Below are positions 30,325 to 37,728 of a stretch of DNA of 64,000 bases, one piece after another. The position numbers were made by a program, and so were the translations under genes. The DNA comes from Patescibacteria group bacterium (GTDB lineage Bacteria; Patescibacteriota; Saccharimonadia; Saccharimonadales; CAYUUR01). The notes beneath the pieces were generated by a model, which was given only the letters and a program-made list of their open reading frames with translations, was not told the origin of the DNA and did not search any database. The stretch's first letter is position 1. Each line of letters begins with the position of its first letter. The stretch spans positions 3,502 to 67,501 of the forward strand of contig JBPOIH010000008.1 of assembly GCA_052034685.1 (NCBI GenBank), given 5' to 3'.

Positions 30325-30363
30325 TGAAAATGAGTCATCCATGTGATGGCTCTTTTTCATTGG
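30321..30363 (+). terminator. Long hairpin immediately after tRNA-Asp (includes the CCA end)
   Basis: CCAATGAAAA (30321-30330) pairs with TTTTCATTGG (30354-30363). Inner GAG-CATC/GATG-CTC pairs. The U-tract is weak, so terminator function is uncertain. Confidence 0.45.
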
Positions 30364-30377
30364 CCGAGCTTTTCCCA

Positions 30378-30467
30378 GATTCGAACCGGCGATGCAGATT
30401 TGCCTTCAGGCAAAGATGCGAATCGCCAGTTCGGTCGGCAAGGGCTCTCGCAGGAGCTCGCTCCGAG
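30378..30467 (+). repeat. GC-rich composite repeat (X element) containing hairpin module A
   Basis: GATTCGAACCGGCGAT (30378-30393) is the reverse complement of tRNA-Asp 30293-30308. Hairpin GGCGAT...ATCGCC spans 30388-30427. The core CGCAGGAGCTCGCTCCGAG (30449-30467) recurs inverted at 46588-46606. Confidence 0.8.
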
Positions 30468-30550
30468 AAAGCCCGCAGCCGTGCGCAGAAGGTCGGGTCG
30501 CCTAAACGCCAGCCTGTCTGTCCGACAGAACGGACAAGGATCGCCAGCCA

Positions 30551-30579
30551 TTGATTAAATCAGGGTTTTATGGTATCAT
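30551..30579 (+). promoter_or_regulatory. Sigma70-type promoter of cassette gene 1
   Basis: TTGATT (30551-30556), a 17-nt spacer, then TGG-TATCAT (-10 at 30574-30579). Confidence 0.55.
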
Positions 30580-30645
30580 TTGTATTATTATGACGATACT
30601 TCTCAGGTACAACCAGAGTTATAACGTTTATGCACGGAGTTCAAC

Positions 30646-31200
30646 GTGCTGAAACTAATACCTCCCCAGGAACTCGGACCTGTAGATCCTGCAGGTATTC
30701 AAGAGTTCGGTACGATCTACGAAAGAGCAGGTTGGCCTTTTCATTCTGCCATGGACTCCACAGCTGAGGATATTCTACAACCGATTGTAACAACGGTTTT
30801 GGCTTATGACCCCAACGTAAAAGCTATGGCATTTGTAGCTGTCACAGGCGCAGTCCCAGTACATCGGTCACAGATAAATAAAGGCTGGCACTTTGATGGC
30901 CGTACCGTTGTAGCTGCGGACGTATTACCTACAGAATTTGCACTAGGCAGGTTACCGTCCAATCCGGCATTGAGTACATTTATGCGGATGGCAGGCAATA
31001 AAGTGTATGAGTCTCAAGCAGCACAGCGACACCTTTCTGATCTTAGTGATGATGAATTAGCGGTGAAGGGTATTGGGACGCACGCAGTACGCGCGAATAC
31101 TCTGAATTTTCTGAGCGAGCGCACTCTACATCGCTCCGGAATAAACAGAGGCGATGCACCAGTAAAACGTAATTTTCTGGGTGCGAGTTTATATTACTAG
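30646..31200 (+). CDS. Hypothetical protein (184 aa), cassette gene 1
   Basis: GTG start preceded by GGAG. No confident family match. The WHFDG ... TLHRSG spacing faintly resembles the HxD...H of 2OG/Fe(II) oxygenases (speculative). Confidence 0.5.
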   Translation: MLKLIPPQELGPVDPAGIQEFGTIYERAGWPFHSAMDSTAEDILQPIVTTVLAYDPNVKAMAFVAVTGAVPVHRSQINKGWHFDGRTVVAADVLPTEFALGRLPSNPALSTFMRMAGNKVYESQAAQRHLSDLSDDELAVKGIGTHAVRANTLNFLSERTLHRSGINRGDAPVKRNFLGASLYY

Positions 31201-31251
31201 ACGTTCGACAGGGCTTTTTACTTGGTCCGGTTTCGGTTGGTTTCAAAGCAA

Positions 31252-31288
31252 GGCGATGCAGCTTGCCCACGGCAAGATGCGAATCGCC
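31252..31288 (+). repeat. Hairpin module A' (second copy)
   Basis: GGCGAT-GCAG-CTTGCC cac GGCAAG-ATGCGA-ATCGCC. It has the same architecture as 30388-30427, with one compensatory pair change. Confidence 0.75.
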
Positions 31289-31371
31289 GGTACGTTCGTG
31301 ACGAGTGCGCACACCCGGCCTCCTGCAAGGAAGCCGGGGAGCACACGAGGAAACGGTTCTAAAAGAACCAC

Positions 31372-31388
31372 CCGGTCGGGCCCGCCAA
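31372..31388 (+). repeat. Direct repeat copy 2 of the tRNA-Asp 3' end (att-like)
   Basis: Exact 17-nt match to 30308-30324, immediately followed by a promoter. Confidence 0.85.
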
Positions 31389-31389
31389 G

Positions 31390-31418
31390 TTGACTTTACA
31401 TAGTGTTTATGCTATTAT
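31390..31418 (+). promoter_or_regulatory. Sigma70-type promoter of cassette gene 2 (leaderless transcript)
   Basis: TTGACT (31390-31395), a 17-nt spacer, TGC-TATTAT (-10 at 31413-31418), then the ATG at 31426, 7 nt after the -10. Confidence 0.65.
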
Positions 31419-31425
31419 AGTGAGT

Positions 31426-31866
31426 ATGAAAAGTTCCAGTGATTTAAGCACGGCTCAACGAGAAGTTCTTCATAGCAACCTGCTCGGTAGCATGGAGTCT
31501 GGTTTAGCTTCAAGATATTTCACTACCCAAAGAGAACACGCTAAACGCTTAGGTCGGCTTGCTAGTAATCCTAACGATCCTTTAGGCGACAAACTCCAAG
31601 AGCTTTCTACGGGCAGAGCGGTGGCAGCAGGGGCAGAGGCACCATTTATGTTTACGACACGACCAAGCAACATGGCCCAAGAACTAATCGCTCTAAAAGC
31701 TAATCCTCAAACAGGCGAGGTAATCCCTGGTTCGGATGTACAAATAGGTCTAATAGGTGGCCTAGCTGGCGAAGGTCGTCCAACTGGTTCATTTACCCCT
31801 GAAGATATTGCTTTGGCAACAGAGTCTATGGCTGCACAAGATGCCGTGGGCCTTCAAGTAAACTAA
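31426..31866 (+). CDS. Hypothetical protein (146 aa), cassette gene 2
   Basis: The ORF frame is open from 31390, but the TTG at 31390 is the -35 hexamer, so I prefer the ATG at 31426. No recognised motif. Confidence 0.5.
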   Translation: MKSSSDLSTAQREVLHSNLLGSMESGLASRYFTTQREHAKRLGRLASNPNDPLGDKLQELSTGRAVAAGAEAPFMFTTRPSNMAQELIALKANPQTGEVIPGSDVQIGLIGGLAGEGRPTGSFTPEDIALATESMAAQDAVGLQVN

Positions 31867-31988
31867 AGTAGCTCCAAACTTCCACGCGCACCCGGTCTCC
31901 TGCAAGGAAGCCGGGGAGCACGAGAGCAGATGTGCGTTACCCGGTCGTACAGCCTGTCTGCCCAACGAACAGACAAGGGTTCAAAAGA

Positions 31989-32017
31989 TTGACTTAATAT
32001 CATTTTTGTGGTAATAT
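31989..32017 (+). promoter_or_regulatory. Sigma70-type promoter of cassette gene 3 (fic)
   Basis: TTGACT (31989-31994), a 17-nt spacer, then TAATAT (32012-32017). Confidence 0.55.
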
Positions 32018-32053
32018 TACTGATGTAAATAACCAAAACAAAAAAGAACAACA

Positions 32054-33094
32054 ATGTCTGAAACAATCGCGCAAACACTCGAAACAAAGACAATCCCTAC
32101 CGTCGTCGCATTAATGGAGCGCCTTGGTGCAGCAGAGACATTTGCTACTCCTGAAGCAGCAAAACAGTTTATTGAAGCACACTCCTACGAAGACTTTTCG
32201 TCACTTCTTAATCGTCTCAACGGTCTTCAACGTAACATCCCGACTTCAGGTAGGCATATGGACGGTGGTGGCTTCGTACAACAAACAGGTGCGCTATCCG
32301 GTAGTAGCATTGAACATCAACCTCCGCTCAAAGAGGATCGCGAGCCACTCATGCGACACGCCTACGAAGCCGCTCAGCAAGCCCCGTCACCTGAAGACGC
32401 TGCTCTTATTCTGGGTCTATCCATTAACGCTATCCACCCTTACGAAGATGGAAACGGTAGAACAAGCAGATTTACTTACATGCTTCTTGAACACGGCTAT
32501 AATGGAACCGACGAAGACAATGGTATATACTCTTCTTTGCTAGAAAATACAAGAGGTCGTGAACTTGTCGATCTTGATCCTTCACGTTCTAATCTAGACT
32601 ATTGGTGTGCACTTCTAGCGACAGCAAAAAGCGCCGAAGAGGTTGGCTATAATGGCCCTATCCCTACTTTCATATGGGGTGCGTTTGGCGATGCATTTGC
32701 AGGTGAGTATAGTCCAGCATTTGAAGGTGAGTATAGTCCAGAAAACATTGCTGTCAATGAGACTATTTCGAATGAAAGCAGAAAGAAACTGTATCAATCA
32801 ATTACCGACAAGGCGGAGCTCTCTGCGCTACCTGCAATGCTTCGCCTTATTAAAGATAAGGGGCTCGACCCAAGTGATTTCATTGAGCATTACCCCGCAG
32901 ATCCAGACTTACCCAGAAGTCGTGATCGCACTTTTCTCAAAGGTGATGAACTTATACCCTTGCTTAGTGAAAGGGATATTGACTTCGTCTACGACGAGTC
33001 TTTCAAGGAGCGTCGCAATTATGTCCTCGCACTCACTACCCTACCGGAGAGCATCATGACTCAACTAAAAGACTTTTATCGCCCAAAGCTATGA
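32054..33094 (+). CDS. Fic/DOC family protein (putative AMPylase), cassette gene 3
   Basis: The core motif HPYEDGNGRTSR matches HxFx(D/E)GNGRxxR, with Tyr in place of Phe. A tandem duplication encodes GEYSPAFE-GEYSPEN (32701-32740). Confidence 0.8.
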   Translation: MSETIAQTLETKTIPTVVALMERLGAAETFATPEAAKQFIEAHSYEDFSSLLNRLNGLQRNIPTSGRHMDGGGFVQQTGALSGSSIEHQPPLKEDREPLMRHAYEAAQQAPSPEDAALILGLSINAIHPYEDGNGRTSRFTYMLLEHGYNGTDEDNGIYSSLLENTRGRELVDLDPSRSNLDYWCALLATAKSAEEVGYNGPIPTFIWGAFGDAFAGEYSPAFEGEYSPENIAVNETISNESRKKLYQSITDKAELSALPAMLRLIKDKGLDPSDFIEHYPADPDLPRSRDRTFLKGDELIPLLSERDIDFVYDESFKERRNYVLALTTLPESIMTQLKDFYRPKL

Positions 33095-33285
33095 GCAGAA
33101 AACGAACACGAAGCCGTGTAATTCTAACTTTCTTGAGCATAAAAGTTCCACATTCCCTCCGGTTCGGCCCATCAAATGTGTTTCTTTCTGCTCGTGTTTA
33201 CGCAATACATGCAGTAGTTTCAATGAATCTAGTTCGGACTATTGGGCACGGCGCGAGATGGTAGGATGTTTGCTATTATGAATAT

Positions 33286-34257
33286 ATGCATGACTTAAAC
33301 AAAGATCTGGAAGTAATCAGGTCTCAACAGCTTGCCAACGGCTTATGTCTGGCCGGTGATGGTCCGAACTACCAGCATGTCTGGATACGAGACAATGTCT
33401 ATGTTGCGCTGGCCTTGCAGGAATTCGGTCAGAACAAAGAGGCCGCTCGAGCTTACGAAGCGCTTTGCGTGATCATAGCCAAGTACCATTTACTGCTTGA
33501 GAGAAATACTTACCCAGTCGAAATCGATCAAATATTGCCGCCGCGCTTTACTGCTGATGGTTCAATAGTTGATGGCAAATGGAGCAATAAACAACACGAC
33601 GCTGTGGGAGTGCTTTTGTTTGGGCTTGGTCAGCTGCACCGCACTAACCAACCGCTACTGACGAGTGAAATGAAAAAAGTTTGCCAACAGCTAGTTCATT
33701 ACCTGGAGACATGCCAGTACTTTCGTGATGCCGACAATGGTATGTGGGAAGAAGTGTCTGCACTGCACGCATCGTCGTTGGCTGCCTGTATTAAGGGTAT
33801 TGAGAGCGTGGCCGGGTTTTGCGATCATGATGAGCACATGCTTGAACTAGCAAAACAGAATCTAGAGAATTTGTTGCCGAAAGAGAGCGTTCGGCATGAG
33901 GTTGACTTGGCGCAGTTGTCTCTGTTGTGGCCGTACGGCTATAAGCGCCCTGGCATTGTAGCGGCTATCGAAAGTGCGTTACTTCGCGAACACGGAGTGA
34001 TCCGTTACATTGGAGATACGTATGAAGCCAAGGACGGCGAAGAACCGCAGTGGGTTATGGGGTTGCCATGGCTCGGGATTGCTAACTTTGAACTAGGTAA
34101 TGTTGACAAGGCCAAAGAATATTTGCGTCGAACAGAAACGTTGTACACCAAGAACGGGTTGCCTGAGTCGTATCTAGCCAATAATAAACAGTGCTCACAT
34201 ACGCCTTTGGCTTGGTCGCATGCGATGGCTCTTGTGCTGCGCAGCAAGTTAGCATAA
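33286..34257 (+). CDS. Glycoside hydrolase family 15-like (glucoamylase-related)
   Basis: WIRDNVY, NKQHDAVG, NGMWEEV (catalytic Glu region) and GLPESY, in GH15 (alpha/alpha)6-barrel order. TATTAT box 6 nt upstream of the ATG. Confidence 0.65.
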   Translation: MHDLNKDLEVIRSQQLANGLCLAGDGPNYQHVWIRDNVYVALALQEFGQNKEAARAYEALCVIIAKYHLLLERNTYPVEIDQILPPRFTADGSIVDGKWSNKQHDAVGVLLFGLGQLHRTNQPLLTSEMKKVCQQLVHYLETCQYFRDADNGMWEEVSALHASSLAACIKGIESVAGFCDHDEHMLELAKQNLENLLPKESVRHEVDLAQLSLLWPYGYKRPGIVAAIESALLREHGVIRYIGDTYEAKDGEEPQWVMGLPWLGIANFELGNVDKAKEYLRRTETLYTKNGLPESYLANNKQCSHTPLAWSHAMALVLRSKLA

Positions 34258-34305
34258 AAGCCGCACGATACAAAATAGTCACTGGAGTAGTATACTAGGC
34301 ATATA

Positions 34306-35313
34306 ATGATTAATTTCATCTGGCCACCAGGAGAGCATATGCTAGCGGGTACGGGTGGTTCAGAGACGTACACAGCCGGACAGGTACGTGAACTATTACG
34401 TAGAGGTATTGACGCGCAGGTGGTTATTACCGAAGTGAAAGGAAAAAACTCTAGCAGCGATTTTGGTGATGTGCCGTTTACTTATTTACGGAATAAGAAA
34501 GACATCTCCCGGCTAGCGGGCACGCTAGTCCACGTCAATAACTACTTCAAGATACCTAAACGCAAAAATCAGCTCGTGGCCGTGATCGTGCACAATGTCC
34601 TGCCTAGTCGAAATAGACCTGATGCTTATGACTTCAAGGGTATGCAGGACAAGATGATTATTGCGACAAGTTTTTATAACGCGCAGCAGTGGGCGTTGTT
34701 TTTGGAGATCCCAGTCAGTCATATGCGCGTGGTTGCTCCGTTTGCTGCACCTGAGTATTTTGCGGTGAAACGTCCAAAGAAGTCGGGGCATCCTCGCCTA
34801 ATATTTGCCGGTCGGCTTCATCCAGAAAAAGGCATATACACTTTGATCGAGACATTGCACAGGTTAAGTTATGAAGGAGAGAAGCTAGATTGGCGTGTGA
34901 GTATTGTGACAGCAGGGCTGAATGTAGAGTCCGGCCGGACACTCGAACATATGCTGCAGGCCTATCCTTACGCTAAGCTTATCCCTGCCCAGAACAGCGT
35001 TAAGGATATGGCACGGGTGCTGGCGCGTCATGATGTTTTGTTGATGCCTTCAGTGTTTAACGAGCCATTCGGGATGCTTTCCGTTGAAGCGCAGCACGCT
35101 GGTTGTAGAGTGGTAGCGAGCAATATTGGCGGGATACCGCAGACTAACTGTGGGTTGTTGACGTTGGTAAAACCACGTAGCCCCAAGGCACTCGTTAAGG
35201 GAATAGAAGAGGCTATTGCTCTCGGTGAAGTAACCCAAAAGGAACGAGATACTGCATCGCAATTCTTCACACTCAAAGACTCAGTTGACACCTTTTTACG
35301 AGTGATTGAGTAG
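34306..35313 (+). CDS. Glycosyltransferase, GT4/GT-B family
   Basis: C-terminal GT-B signature LLMPSVFNEPFGMLSVEAQHAGCRVVASNIGGIPQ (EX7E-type). Confidence 0.8.
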   Translation: MINFIWPPGEHMLAGTGGSETYTAGQVRELLRRGIDAQVVITEVKGKNSSSDFGDVPFTYLRNKKDISRLAGTLVHVNNYFKIPKRKNQLVAVIVHNVLPSRNRPDAYDFKGMQDKMIIATSFYNAQQWALFLEIPVSHMRVVAPFAAPEYFAVKRPKKSGHPRLIFAGRLHPEKGIYTLIETLHRLSYEGEKLDWRVSIVTAGLNVESGRTLEHMLQAYPYAKLIPAQNSVKDMARVLARHDVLLMPSVFNEPFGMLSVEAQHAGCRVVASNIGGIPQTNCGLLTLVKPRSPKALVKGIEEAIALGEVTQKERDTASQFFTLKDSVDTFLRVIE

Positions 35314-35372
35314 TAGTAGCGACTGTTCATTAACGCTTGTGTTATGATTAGGTCAGTAAGCATTGTCAAACT

Positions 35373-36896
35373 ATGACCAAAAAAGTAAAAACTACAAAAC
35401 GCAAAACCAGAAAAACCCCTGTACGAGTGGGCGGCAAACGACATTTTGCAGATTTTGCAATGTGGCAAAAAATTCTCGTAGTTGTGTTGTTTGCAGGTGT
35501 TGTTTCAGCGGCTTCTATTGCAGTCTATGCTCAGATGAAAGAACGCCAACTGATCGCCAAGGCGTCATCATACAGTAAAGTAGATATTCACAGTAATCCA
35601 AAAAGCAGCGCCGGAGTTACTTTTAGCGCCTGTAAGTTATTGAGTGGCGACAATTACAAGATTACGATCCTGGCTGTTAAATCTCCAAAAGTGTCAAACG
35701 CTGCGGTGGCAATAAAAGTATACAGAAAATCTGGCAGTACACAGAGTTATGCAAGCCAGGTTACTTCGAAGAGTTGGTGGGGTGGTGAGGTCTCGGCACT
35801 GCAACTCGTGACCTCTAAAAGCAAAGGAGATGAGCTGGTGTTTACTGCGGTAAGTAAGTCTGGCACCTCAGCACCGCGCTATAGTACTCAACCGGTGCGG
35901 AAGTCATTCAAATCAACCAGTGCATACGAGGCTGCGCTGCGTGATTTCCAGGCGTCTACAGTAAGCCCAAGTGCTCTAACTGACTGCAACAAGCCAGCGC
36001 CAAACCCAGTGGCAACTTCTACATGCCTGTCTCGTTCAAGTAGTAATAAACTGTCGGTGAGTAGATTGCAAAAAACACGCTATGTTAACGGTACGATTCC
36101 AAAGAATACTGTCATAAACGCCTCACAAGCCTATTGGGACGGTACCGATGCAAGCGGTAATCCAATATCATGGGCTATCACTGTTGATGGCACTGGCCCG
36201 GCTTGCTGGTATGGAGGCAAATTCACTGGCGCTTGGGACGACAAATCACGATCCGTGACCTGGTCTAAGGACTACCATCATGCTGGGGCTGTGACGATCC
36301 GAATGGACAGGTTTCTCGTAGAGGGTCTACGTGCTCATAATCAGGGCGACGGTATACGTATGGAATCTGGCGGTAGCAATTTCCACGTCAAAGACGTCTA
36401 CCTTTCTGATATTCACGATGATTGTGTTGAGAACGATTTTTTGCACACGGGAACGGTCGAGAACTCTTTGTTCGACGGTTGTTACTCGGGTATTAGTGCT
36501 GCAACCTTTGAAGGAATTGACCGTAATGGAGTGAATGATACGTGGACATTCAAAAACAACTTGCTGAGAATGAAACCGTTTAACACAATGTTCAAGCCAG
36601 AAAAGTATGGGGCTTATGGCCATGCAATGCTGTTTAAGGGTTGGTATGAGCCAAATCGTGGGCCGAAGCTGGTCCTAGAGAACAATATCTTCCGGGCTGA
36701 TCAGAAAGCCAACATTGGCGATCTGCAAATCCCTAAGTATGCCGAACTAAAGAGTTGCAAAAACAACACTTTTGTCTGGCTCGGCAAGGGGCCTTTCCCA
36801 TACAATTTACCGAGTTGCTTTAAGATTACCACCGACAAAAAGGTGTGGGACAATGCAGTAGACAAATGGAAAGCCGCCCACCCGGCTGTCAAATAG
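35373..36896 (+). CDS. Membrane-anchored exported protein (507 aa), function unknown, possibly carbohydrate-active
   Basis: Basic N-terminus plus a TM helix. The C-terminal half has beta-helix-like patterns (DDCVENDF...FDGCYSGISA). Lies next to GH15/GT4 genes. Confidence 0.4.
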   Translation: MTKKVKTTKRKTRKTPVRVGGKRHFADFAMWQKILVVVLFAGVVSAASIAVYAQMKERQLIAKASSYSKVDIHSNPKSSAGVTFSACKLLSGDNYKITILAVKSPKVSNAAVAIKVYRKSGSTQSYASQVTSKSWWGGEVSALQLVTSKSKGDELVFTAVSKSGTSAPRYSTQPVRKSFKSTSAYEAALRDFQASTVSPSALTDCNKPAPNPVATSTCLSRSSSNKLSVSRLQKTRYVNGTIPKNTVINASQAYWDGTDASGNPISWAITVDGTGPACWYGGKFTGAWDDKSRSVTWSKDYHHAGAVTIRMDRFLVEGLRAHNQGDGIRMESGGSNFHVKDVYLSDIHDDCVENDFLHTGTVENSLFDGCYSGISAATFEGIDRNGVNDTWTFKNNLLRMKPFNTMFKPEKYGAYGHAMLFKGWYEPNRGPKLVLENNIFRADQKANIGDLQIPKYAELKSCKNNTFVWLGKGPFPYNLPSCFKITTDKKVWDNAVDKWKAAHPAVK

Positions 36897-36914
36897 TCAT
36901 GTATTCAAACAAAA

Positions 36915-36944
36915 AAGAACCCCTCGGATTAACGAGGGGTTCTT
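36915..36944. terminator. Bidirectional intrinsic terminator
   Basis: AAGAACCCCTCG gattaa CGAGGGGTTCTT, flanked by an A-run and a T/C-run, between convergent genes. Confidence 0.75.
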
Positions 36945-36952
36945 CCTAACAT

Positions 36953-37255
36953 TTAGTAACGGTTGTTTGAATAACCGCCACCGTTGTTGTCGCGTGGTGG
37001 ACGCTTTTCTTGTGGACGAGCTTCGTTCACAAGAATACGGCGACCGCCAAGCTCTGAGTCGTGAAGTGCCTTCATTGCAGCTTTAGCTTCGTCGTCATTT
37101 TCATACTCGACAAAACCAAAACCCTTTGAGCGACCGGTATCACGATCAGTGATAACTTTTGCAGAAAGTACTGTACCGTGTGCGGCAAATACTTCTTGCA
37201 GTTCGTCATCGGTAGTTGAGTAGGGGAGGCCCCCTACGAATAACTTACTAGCCAT
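36953..37255 (-). CDS. RRM-type RNA-binding protein
   Basis: RNP-2 (KLFVGGL) and RNP-1 (KGFGFVEY) motifs, with a Gly/Arg/Asn-rich tail. Confidence 0.9.
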   Translation of the reverse strand: MASKLFVGGLPYSTTDDELQEVFAAHGTVLSAKVITDRDTGRSKGFGFVEYENDDEAKAAMKALHDSELGGRRILVNEARPQEKRPPRDNNGGGYSNNRY

Positions 37256-37433
37256 TTGGTAGAACTCTTTTCTTTGTTAACTAACACAGGACGACCTTTT
37301 TATCTTAGAAGCACTCATTTTTCAATGTAACGGCTAGTAAGAACCTGTGACTTAAGCATACACGTTTTAACAGAGAAAGCAACAGGGATAACATATTCGT
37401 GAGCATTTGCTATAATAGGCAACTGATAGATAT

Positions 37434-37509
37434 GCCGAAGTAGCTCAGTTGGTAGAGCAGCTCATTCGTAACGAGCAGGTCGCAGGTTCAAGTCCCGTCT
37501 TCGGCTCCA
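37434..37509 (+). tRNA. tRNA-Thr (anticodon CGT)
   Basis: Acceptor GCCGAAG/CTTCGGC, anticodon loop TTCGTAA, T-arm GCAGG-TTCAAGT-CCCGT, discriminator T, encoded CCA. TGCTATAAT box at 37408-37416. Confidence 0.85.
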
Positions 37510-37631
37510 GCTTAGAATTGTATTGCAGCTTTTCGTTTCAAGAATTCTCTTGAAACTGTCAGCTTCCAACAATTCTTGCGCTTCACCCCAGCCAAAAGGG
37601 TTTGGCCGGGGACCCCAAAAAACTGACCCGT

Positions 37632-37705
37632 GCGGGTGTCGTATAACGGCCATTATGTGACCTTCCCAAGGTCGAGACCCGGGTTCGACTCCCGGCACCC
37701 GCACC
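37632..37705 (+). tRNA. tRNA-Gly (anticodon CCC)
   Basis: Acceptor GCGGGTG/CACCCGC, anticodon arm TGACC-TTCCCAA-GGTCG, T-loop GGTTCGACTCC, encoded CCA. Confidence 0.85.
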
Positions 37706-37728
37706 AACCGTATTCAAAGGACACTTCA

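Noticed and set aside
30324-30558. Three overlapping ORFs (76, 71 and 64 aa) in different frames and strands just after tRNA-Asp
   Set aside because: They lie entirely within GC-rich hairpin and repeat modules and overlap each other in three frames. They have no start context and give Arg/Pro/Ala-rich translations typical of GC-rich non-coding DNA.
31043-31393. ORFs 31043-31312 (minus) and 31181-31393 (plus)
   Set aside because: They span the second repeat block (modules A' and B and the 17-nt direct repeat). They are frame artefacts of the GC-rich repeats, and the plus-strand one runs into the promoter of the next gene.
30378-31978. Possibility that the repeated hairpins are a CRISPR array or integron attC sites
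   Set aside because: - CRISPR: the repeats are not regularly spaced or identical, the 'spacers' are whole genes, and there are no cas genes.
- Integron: integron cassettes are normally promoterless, with an adjacent intI and attI. Here every cassette has its own promoter, the delimiting repeat is a tRNA 3' end, and no integrase is adjacent.

The integron analogy is kept only as an analogy.
37510-37631. Hairpins in the tRNA-Thr/tRNA-Gly spacer (TTTCAAGA attc TCTTGAAA; CCCCAGCCAAA aggg TTTGGCCGGGG)
   Set aside because: These are most simply processing or termination structures within a tRNA operon spacer. They show no similarity to the repeat families elsewhere.
37462-37707. 81-aa minus-strand ORF, and the first 33 codons of ORF 37630-38916
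   Set aside because: Both are antisense to or overlap tRNA-Thr and tRNA-Gly. The MFS gene start was moved downstream of tRNA-Gly.
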